Assembly (NCBI GenBank): GCA_963816145.1
Contig: CAWFJP010000010.1
Span: forward strand, 1 to 64,000
Direction of reading: 5' to 3'
Source of the DNA: an uncultured delta proteobacterium
Lineage (GTDB): Bacteria > Desulfobacterota > Binatia > UBA9968
DNA length: 64,000 bases
Position 1 is the stretch's first letter. Each line of letters starts with the position of its first letter. The notes beneath the pieces were generated by a model, which saw nothing but the letters and a program-made list of their open reading frames with translations, made no database searches and was not told the DNA's origin. A program made the translations under genes and the position numbers. This document shows positions 50,001 through 56,717 of this stretch, piece after piece.

Positions 50001-52445
50001 GCGCAGGACGACATCGCGGTGGGGGCTCCCATCGCCGGTCGAACCCACGATGAGACCGAGGGGCTGATCGGTTTTTTTGTCAACACCCTGGTGCTGCGGT
50101 CTGATCTTTCCGGCAATCCTCCGTTTCGAGAGTTACTAGGCCGGGTGCGAGAAGTTGCCCTGGGGGCCTACGCTCATCAGGATCTACCGTTTGAAAAACT
50201 GGTGGAGGAACTCCAACCGGAACGTAACCTCGGCCACTCGCCGCTATTTCAAGTAATGTTTGTGCTGCAGAATACGGTGGCTTCAGCTCCGGTACGAGAG
50301 TTTGCCGGTATAAAGCTTCGATTATTCGGAGTGGAGAGTGAGCCGGCGAAGTTTGACGTGATGCTAACGATGCGTGAGGGTGCGGGTGGGCTGAAAGGTT
50401 CGTTGCTCTATAACACGGACCTCTTCGACGAGGTCACCATTAAAAGGATGGTGGGCCATTTTCAGACCTTGCTGGAAGGTATCGTTGCCCATCCCGAACA
50501 ACGCATAAGCGAATTATCCGTACTCACGGATTCGGAGAGACACCAGCTGTTGGTCGAGTGGAACGACACCAAGGGCGAATATCCGAGAGACAAGTGCATA
50601 CATCGACTGTTTGAAGATCAGGTCGAGCGCAGTCCAGACGCAATAGCGTTGGCGAATGCAGACCAGCAGCTAACTTACGGAGCGCTGAACAGACGGGCTA
50701 ATCAATTAGCACATTACTTGCGAAAACAAGGAGTGGGCCCGGAAGTTCTGGTTGGCATCTGCATGGAGCGCTCTCTCGATCTCATCGTCGGACTGCTGGG
50801 AATTCTTAAAGCCGGTGGAGCCTACGTTCCCTTAGAGCCTGACTATCCCAAGGAACGACTGGCATTCATGCGAGAAGACGCCGAAGTTTCGCTTCTTTTG
50901 ACGCAGGAAAAATTCCTGTTTGAAATGAGTCGGCAGCCAGTGGTGTGTCTGGATCGAGACAGGGAGAAAATTGCCCAACAGAGCGATCGCAATCCGGTGA
51001 GTCAAGTCCGCGCAGATAACTTGGCCTACGTGATCTATACGTCAGGATCTACGGGACGACCAAAAGGTGTTCAGATCGAGCACCAGTCGCTGGTGAATTG
51101 CTTGTGGTCTATCGGGAAACAGGTCGGACTGAACAAAAAGGATGTATTGCTCGCGGTCACGACGGTTTCCTTTGACATTGCTGCGTTGGAGCTTTATTTG
51201 CCGCTAATTGTTGGTGCAACGGTTGTCTTGGCCGGGCGCGATGATGCTCTCGATGGAAGACGAATCGTTGATCGATTAAAGAGCTCCGGTGCCACGGTGA
51301 TGCAATCAACGCCGTCTTCTTGGAAACTTTTGGTGGATGCCGGATGGGAAGGCCATGACGACTTTAAGATTCTTTGTGGCGGCGAAGCTTTATCCGAGCG
51401 ATTGGCTGATCAACTACTGGAGCGTGCGGCTTCGCTCTGGAATCTTTATGGTCCAACTGAAACGACGGTCTGGTCGACTACTGCAAGAGTCAAAGCGAGT
51501 AAACGACCGGTTCCAATCGGTCGGCCCATCGCGAATACGCGTCTCTTCATTCTGGATTCTCATTTGCACCCGGTTCCAATTGGAGTGCCGGGGGAGTTGT
51601 GTGTTGGCGGAGACGGCGTAGCACGGGGCTATCGGAACCGCCCCGACTTGACCGCGGAGAGATTCATTCTAAATCCTTTTAGCGATCCGCCAGAAGCGCG
51701 GCTTTATCGCACCGGTGATCTCGCTCGATACTTACCAGATGGTAACATTGAGTTTTATTGCCGAATCGACAATCAGGTGAAGATACGGGGCTATAGGATC
51801 GAACTCGGTGAGGTTGAATCCGTACTTGCTCAACACCCCGCCATCCAACAGGCAGTGGTTATTGCAAGAGAAGACACACCGGGGGGCCGTCGCCTAGTGG
51901 CCTACTGCGTCGCTACTGCGGACTCTAACCCTTTGCCTCACGATCTGCGCAGCTACTTAAAACACAAGCTCCCTGACTACATGATTCCGTCGACTTTCGT
52001 GCTCTTGGATTCACTGCCGCTCGCTCCCAACGGCAAGCTCGACCGAAAAGCACTGATGGCTCCCGACGGCGGCCGACCCGAACTAGACGATGGCTTTGCC
52101 GCCCCAAGGACTCCTCTCGAGGAGACTCTCGCTAATATCTGGGCCAAGGCCCTCAGACTCGACAAGGTAGGAATCCACGACAACTTCTTCGATCTGGGCG
52201 GCCATTCCCTGTTGGCCACGCAAGTGATGTCACGAATGCAGAACGCGTTTTCCGTCGAGTTGCCGTTACGTCAAATGTTTGAATCGCCGACGGTGGCCGA
52301 ATTGGCAATCATCATCACGGAGACCCAACACAAGCGCGGAAGCGACACCCAGCAAGCGCAGATACTACGTGAGCTAGATTCGATGACGGAAGAAGACGCA
52401 CAGGGGCATATGGATGAAATTGATTCGACAATCACCAAAGAATAG
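44067..52445 (+). CDS. Non-ribosomal peptide synthetase, A-T-C-A-T-C-A-T, no TE/R domain
   Basis: Three YTSGSTG A domains, three GGHSL carrier domains, two HHxxxDG C domains; hand-read codes A2 DLFNNALTYK (Ala), A3 DILQLGLVWK (Gly); A1 lacks the Asp235 equivalent. Confidence 0.95.
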   Translation: MKFPAEQDAIRANCFQSSGPFIEFSIQDVEMSIPARFEKIVKQHPDTISVKTSDHRCPTYAELNHEANRVAHAILAQRGNTAEPIGILFQNSIEQIAVMLGVLKAGKFFVLLDPSFPKARVESVLKDSHAELVITDRHNLLFAHELGCKDDRLMEFESIDSRLSRHNPCPSVASSALAYLVYTSGSTGQPKGVMQSHRNVLHNIMLRTNVTPVYVEDRIASLAAGTAHAVSNTFFALLNGAALFPFDVKKEGIAPLATWLQRERITLLWISSPLFRSFCDVLTGKEDFSNLRLLRLSSETIYKADIDLYKRYFPSNCPLFVGLASSETGLLRSYFVNHETIIAGTEVPVGYAAEGKEISLLDDNGNSVGYNQVGEIVVRSRFLSPGYWRRPDLTDAKFQPDPHDPEKRLYYTGDLGLMLPDGCLIHKGRKDLRVKIHGYGVEISEVEQALRRHEFIKDAVVVAGQDESGESRLMAYYVCSRPPAVTLTQLRSFLTKDLPDYMIPSVFVPLDSMPLLPTGKVDRYALPDPGKERPELDTPYVAPRTGIEQKLRRIWTEVLGLDQIGVHDNFFELGGHSLAATRVVSQVIKTFQLELPLQSLFQSPTVAEMAAIILAESTLEQRIEFESRLSRKSALATITAIPRRDSFSPCPLSFGQERLWFLNQLEPESPVYNESSALRLIGLLDVNALQEAFNCVIARHEVLRTTIALVDGNPMQRIAAHRTIELAAIDLSSHVSKDRDTEARRLVDEAIRSPFDLSNDLMLRTLLLRLDHQEHILLVVKHHVASDGWSSEIFWREVATSYAGFSSGQTANLPELQIQYADYAAWQRNWLAGEVSERQLSYWRKQLQDIPAAINLPTDRSRPAVQSYRGARESIELSKELTQKLKALGRSHGVTLYMTLLAAFQTLLFRYTGQDDIAVGSPIAGRTRDETEGLIGFFVNTLVLRTDLTTNPTFRELMERVSGVCLNAYSHQDLPFEKIVEELHPDRHLNQNPLFQIAFQLNTNTRKPLNLPGLRVENIELEHPMSKFDLSLSMTDRSESISGRIIYNADLFDAATIERMVGHFQVLLEGIVANPEQPISGLPLLTEAETHQLLVEWNDTKTDYFNDQCIHQLFETQAEKTPDAIALVCEDQNLTYRELNSRANQVAHYLQVLGVGPEAPVGICLERSIEMIVGLLAILKAGGAYVPLDPAYPKERLKFILDDSQARIVLTRQPFLDVKQWPMAGAEWCSLVSDTRIERVCLDRDWCDIEKESGENLENEATADRLAYVIYTSGSTGRPKGVGIEHRNAVSFLTWAHSVFTRDEFLGVLASTSICFDLSVFEIFAPLTCGGTVILAENALALRTIANASAVTLLNTVPSAITELLSLGALPTSVRVINLAGEPLRTEVVRRICASTPAAKIYDLYGPSECTTYSTWMRRTPEGRQSIGRPIANTQIYILGGHMQPVPIGVVGEICIGGSGVARGYLNQPKLTQEKFIADPFSIDPGARLYKTGDLARYLPDGNIEFLGRIDNQVKIRGFRIELGEIESVLGQHSGVRQSAVIVREDTVDERLLVAYVVAIDDPAPSINDLRSFLKANLPEYMIPSAFVFLESLPLTTNGKVDRKALPVPDQTRPELDAIFMSPRTPMEEMLAEIWAEVLKVEGIGIHDNFFDLGGHSLLATQVVSRMRRAVQVEIPLRALFESPTVVGLAARIEEIHQKQHGLQAPPLLAVSRDKDLPLSFAQHRLWFLDQLEPGSTVYNVPIAVRIRGPLDVAALERSINEIIARHEILRTTFSTVEGEAVQIIAPSSSHSLPVVDLSGQAESARAEQARRLAREEAWRPFDLARGPLVRVTLLRLGQEDHVLLLTLHHIVSDGWSMKVLFRELSALYNAFSQNHPSPLSQLPIQYADFGAWQRQWLQGEILETQLSYWKKQLKDVVPLQLPTDRPRPALPSYRGARESIELSKELTQELKALSRSHDVTLYMTLLAAFQTLLFRYTAQDDIAVGAPIAGRTHDETEGLIGFFVNTLVLRSDLSGNPPFRELLGRVREVALGAYAHQDLPFEKLVEELQPERNLGHSPLFQVMFVLQNTVASAPVREFAGIKLRLFGVESEPAKFDVMLTMREGAGGLKGSLLYNTDLFDEVTIKRMVGHFQTLLEGIVAHPEQRISELSVLTDSERHQLLVEWNDTKGEYPRDKCIHRLFEDQVERSPDAIALANADQQLTYGALNRRANQLAHYLRKQGVGPEVLVGICMERSLDLIVGLLGILKAGGAYVPLEPDYPKERLAFMREDAEVSLLLTQEKFLFEMSRQPVVCLDRDREKIAQQSDRNPVSQVRADNLAYVIYTSGSTGRPKGVQIEHQSLVNCLWSIGKQVGLNKKDVLLAVTTVSFDIAALELYLPLIVGATVVLAGRDDALDGRRIVDRLKSSGATVMQSTPSSWKLLVDAGWEGHDDFKILCGGEALSERLADQLLERAASLWNLYGPTETTVWSTTARVKASKRPVPIGRPIANTRLFILDSHLHPVPIGVPGELCVGGDGVARGYRNRPDLTAERFILNPFSDPPEARLYRTGDLARYLPDGNIEFYCRIDNQVKIRGYRIELGEVESVLAQHPAIQQAVVIAREDTPGGRRLVAYCVATADSNPLPHDLRSYLKHKLPDYMIPSTFVLLDSLPLAPNGKLDRKALMAPDGGRPELDDGFAAPRTPLEETLANIWAKALRLDKVGIHDNFFDLGGHSLLATQVMSRMQNAFSVELPLRQMFESPTVAELAIIITETQHKRGSDTQQAQILRELDSMTEEDAQGHMDEIDSTITKE

Positions 52446-52722
52446 TTTGTCCTTCTTAGCATATTGTCCTTACAGGATCCTCCGAGAGACTCGACCGAAA
52501 CCAGCGCCACAGCTTAAGAGGGTGAGATTGAACTAATTGATCTCCTACAATCGAAGTATTCATCGATTGAAACTTGCGAGATATGATTGGAGCGCCTCAC
52601 AGTTCGATCCTGTGGCGAGGTTGAACTTTCGCACATCACAACTCGAGAAGGAAATCTTCGATCTAGAGCTGTCTAACCACTAGTTGCGTGTTTTCTTTAT
52701 TTACCGAAATTTGAGTTCTGCC

Positions 52723-52846
52723 AAATCATCGGCGCCGATTGTCAAGTCTCATTTCTTACCGCAAGTATCTTTAAATTCCGTTAATGCAACAGAACAATAA
52801 CTTCATGACTGTGAGCCTTGTCCTCAATTTGCCATAAGCGTATAAG
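52723..52846 (+). promoter_or_regulatory. Second copy of the NRPS upstream region
   Basis: AAATCATCGGCGCCGATTGTCAAGT identical to 43888-43912; TTGTCC-N17-TATAAG at 52818-52846. Confidence 0.6.
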
Positions 52847-52906
52847 CACGACTATGATGCGGATTGACGATTTAAATTTCCGTGAGTGACCCCTAGGAGA
52901 AGCGGT

Positions 52907-54869
52907 ATGAATCTTCCGCCGGAACAAGAAGCTATACGAGCGAGATGTTTTCATCCATCGGGGACGTTCGTCGAGTTTCCCAAAGAAGATGTCGAGACTT
53001 CGATCCCTGAGCGGTTTGAAAAAGTCGTGCGACTGTACCATGACCGGATTGCTGTAAAAATACAGAACAGGATTCTAACGTATGATGAGTTGAACAAATC
53101 GGCGAACCGGGTGGCGCGCGTGATCCTCGACAGGCTTGGTAGAGAGAACCGGCCCGTCGTTATCGTCTCTGAGCAGAACCTAACAGCAATCGTATTGTTG
53201 TTTGCAATCTGGAAAGCGGGAAAAATCGTGATTGCGATAGAACCCTCCTTTCCCGCAGAGCAGATCGTCTCCACTATCAACGAGTCTCAAGCGGAGGCGA
53301 TCTTAACAACCAATGACAATCTCGGACTTGCCCCGACTGTGGCCCATAGTGCGATGATCCCAATTATAAATTTCGACACGTTGACAATCGACGGTTCGGA
53401 CGAAGATTTAGAATTACGGATCCCTGACGAGGCGCCGGCTGAAATTCGCTATAGTTCGGGTTCCACCGGAAAGCCTAAAGGAATCGTTCGCAGTCATCGC
53501 AGGCTTCTTAGTAGTGCAAGGTCTACGATCAACTTGGCTCACACATGCCCCGAGGATCGTCTGATCGCCCTGACGAGGCTCAGATTTGGCACTCGAGATC
53601 TACTTCGATGTTTGCTCAGTGGCGCAACTCTTTATCCATTCGATATCGAGAAAGACAGTATGGGCAATCTCGTCCGCCTGCTCAACGTAGAAAGAATAAC
53701 CTATTATGAATCAGTGCCAACAATTTTTCGATATCTGATCGGACAGTTGGACGGAAAGACAGCATTCCCATTTATGCGTCTCATTCAGCTTGGAGGGGAC
53801 CTTTTATATAGGAGCGACATAACGTCGTATAAGAAATATTTTCCGGACCACTGTATTTTAATGAACCGACTAAGTGCGGGCGAAACGGGAAATCTATGCG
53901 TATTTTTTATCGATAAGAATACAGAGATCGACACTTCGATTGTTCCCGTCGGCTATCCGATTGAAGGTAAGCAATTATTCTTGCTGGATGAACTACGAAA
54001 TAAAGTCGGAGTGAACCAAATCGGCGAGATCGCTGTGGCCAGCCGTTATTTGTCCTCCGGGTATTGGAATAATTCCGACCTTACCAACGAAAAATTCTTT
54101 CTTAGCAATGCGGGCAGCGATGAGCGGTTATATGTTTCGGGCGATCTTGGGCGGATGTTACCCGATAGTTGCTTGGTCTACGTCGGGCGGAAAGATGACC
54201 AGGTCAAGATCAGAGGCGCCAAACTAGAGATCGGTGAAATTGAGGCGGTACTATCGGAACATCCGCAGATAAAGCAATCAGCGGTGGCAGCGTTCGAACG
54301 ATCAAGCGGAGACAAATACTTGACCGCCTATATAGTCCGTCGTTCTCATCGGGCACTGACGGTGACTGACATCAATGACTATCTAAGAAAGAAACTGCCC
54401 CGACTACATGATCCCATCGGCTTTCGTGTTTTTGGAATCGCTGCCTTTGACCAATGGGAAAGTGGACCGAAAGGCGTTGCCTAAACCGGATGATAAACGA
54501 CCGGACCTTGGTACGCCGTTTGCTTTGCCGAGAAACGAGATTGAAACGAGTCTGATACGGATTTGGGAGGAAGTCCTTGATGTTCGTCCGATAGGGATCC
54601 ACGACAAGTTTTTCGACCTAGGAGGCCATTCGCTGTCCGCGACCCGAGTTGTGTCCCGGGTTATCGAGCAGTTTCAGTTAGAAATACCGCTACAATCGCT
54701 GTTTCAGTCTCCGACTATTGCCGAAATGGCCGCGGTGATCGCCGAACATCAAGGAAAGATGTTAGACCAGAGCCAGTTGTCGGCTATCTTAGACGAATTA
54801 GGGTCGATGTCGGACGCTGAGGCTCAGCGGCTTGTGAGGGAAAGTAATTCGACCATGACCAAAAAGTAG
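52907..54869 (+). CDS. Stand-alone NRPS-like A-T didomain protein, frameshift at CCCC 54398-54401
   Basis: AGGAG RBS; YSSGSTGKPKG, SGDLGR, GRKDDQVKIRG; removing one C restores KLPDYMIPS..NGKVDR..GGHSL. Confidence 0.9.
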
Positions 54870-55152
54870 TTTGCCCCTCTTACCATTTGTCCTGGCATGA
54901 TCCCTGCGCGCGGCGACAACAAGCTGCGCCGCGGATAAAGGCGGACCGGCATCGGTTCTCAGGCGATGTTCTCCATCCGTAGGCTGAGATTATTCTCCGT
55001 CAATTGAATCCTCGGGTCGTGGTACTGTCCGAGTTTTGTCCGAGAAATGAGGTGGTCTTGGTGTCACGACAGGCCTTCAACCGATCAAGCTTAGATTCAA
55101 TTTACCGTTCATATCTGTCGATGGTAGCCAATAAGAGGGGACGGTGTAGGAC

Positions 55153-55210
55153 CTCGAAATCAAGTGTACGGAGATCCGTACTGGGGGTTCAAATCCCTCC
55201 CTACCTGCCA
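55153..55210 (+). repeat. Diverged copy of the tRNA-Ser(CGA) 3' 58 bp (att-like remnant)
   Basis: Six mismatches against 41806-41863; starts at the anticodon loop; no tRNA 5' half. Confidence 0.88.
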
Positions 55211-55523
55211 AAAACTTCCGTCTTGTTATGAGCCATAGAATAAACCTGATGATGGTGTCTTGCCGGTGCAATCGTGTGTAACTGTCCGTCCATCGCTGCT
55301 CCAGGCGTTCGTCCAGTTTTTCAAGTAAAACGCGATGATGATCGGATGGAGCGACGAGCCCAGGGCGATGCCATTGTTGTCGCACCAGCAGAGCCCGACC
55401 CGCACAGTCGATAAGAAGACCGAAGGCTATCGCATTCGCTCAACCCATCCGCCCAAACGGTCGACTAGCAGGTCGTGATCGCTGGCGGCGTAATACGACA
55501 GCAAGGCGGGAGGCGGCTGGGGC

Positions 55524-55682
55524 TCAATGGCGGTGGGTTTGATCTTGGGACCATGCGCCCTCGTCATCGAATACGGCTTCTTTGAAGAGGGTCTCGTAAA
55601 ACACTTCGATCATCACTCCCTGGCCGCGTATTTTCGCCCCTCGCAGTGAATTCCAGATGTCTTCCCATGGTATGAGTTTCAT
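55524..55682 (-). CDS. Small hypothetical protein (52 aa)
   Basis: GAGG RBS before ATG; MKLIPWEDIWNSLRG..FYETLFKEAVFDDEG looks protein-like; no family recognised. Confidence 0.45.
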   Translation of the reverse strand: MKLIPWEDIWNSLRGAKIRGQGVMIEVFYETLFKEAVFDDEGAWSQDQTHRH

Positions 55683-55981
55683 CGGTCCTCGTTCGGCGGT
55701 GATCGATGGATGAAGGGAATTTCCGTTTACAGATACCTGCGGTTGACGAGCGGATAGGTCGGTTGATTGCGCATTCGTGGGTCCAGACTTGGATTGTCGT
55801 TGCATCAATGCGTCCTCTCGTCCTTCGCTGTTGGTCCAAAGCAGTGCCGCGACGCGCGTATCCCTCGCAGGATTGCAAGTGCGAGATGAGCAACGACAAT
55901 GCCAAGGGTCGGAGCACTTTAGATTTCCGATACTTACGAGTAGTTGTGGGGAGACAACGCTATGATCAAGCGTAAGTTAAT

Positions 55982-56011
55982 TTGACAGAAAATTATACGA
56001 ATAATTACACT
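55982..56011 (+). promoter_or_regulatory. Putative sigma70 promoter upstream of tRNA-Ser(GGA)
   Basis: TTGACA-N18-TACACT in an AT-rich intergenic stretch. Confidence 0.45.
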
Positions 56012-56259
56012 CGCTCTAGCGGATGAAAAATCGCTCTGTTATTCAGCGGTTTAGTCTATGAACTCTTAGGTGTTTTCTGAGTCGGCCAGTTCGTAAGCAA
56101 AGTTTACAGCGTGCGCAAGATTTGTTAATCGATCCGGGGCAAACTCATTGCTCTTTCTTCTATCCCGGTTCCATCCATTGAATTCCGCTTTGTAGAAAAC
56201 AACAAAACACTGTGGTAGCGTCGGTTTCCGCGTGAGTTGTACCACCGCGGTGGAAGTCG

Positions 56260-56350
<91 letters not shown>

Positions 56351-56420
56351 CGATTGGCGAGGCGTTGCTGCTGCAGCCGGTTAAATTCGATTCGATTATT
56401 TCGCGAGCGGGTAAGAAAAC

Positions 56421-56484
56421 TTGAAACTGTGAAATTTTCGGCGTACTGTTTTAATCGAACGCTAAAGCAGTAGCTGTGTATAAT
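56421..56484 (+). promoter_or_regulatory. Putative sigma70 promoter(s) of ffs
   Basis: TTGAAA-N17-TACTGT (56421-56449) and TATAAT (56479-56484) just before the SRP helix. Confidence 0.5.
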
Positions 56485-56489
56485 CGCGC

Positions 56490-56618
56490 GGATGTCGATT
56501 GCTGATAGTTAGGTCCTGTGCAAGGCGGCCCCGTGAACCCCGTCAGGTCCGGAAGGAAGCAGCGGTAACGGCTCTCCCCTGTGCCACAGGGGCACCTGGC
56601 TGTCAGCAATGGGCATCC
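56490..56618 (+). ncRNA. ffs: Signal recognition particle RNA (4.5S type)
   Basis: Helix-8 signature GTCAGGTCCGGAAGGAAGCAGC; ends pair; directly upstream of dnaX. Core about 56511-56597. Confidence 0.93.
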
Positions 56619-56717
56619 TCACCTCGTGGCTCTCTGCTTATTTAATCTCGAATCGCCGGTCATGGGCAGGATAGCTCAGCGCCGGCAGCTTCTGGTTTAA
56701 GATTTTCCAGGGGATCT

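Larger units (their letters stand above)
41864..55210. mobile_element. Degenerate genomic island integrated at tRNA-Ser(CGA), carrying NRPS genes
   Basis: Flanked by a 58-bp direct repeat of the tRNA 3' end (52/58 identical); accessory cargo; no integrase visible. Confidence 0.7.

Noticed and set aside
55131-55210. A fifth functional tRNA-Ser
   Set aside because: No matching 5' acceptor strand, D-arm or 5' anticodon stem; only the 3' 58 bp remain.
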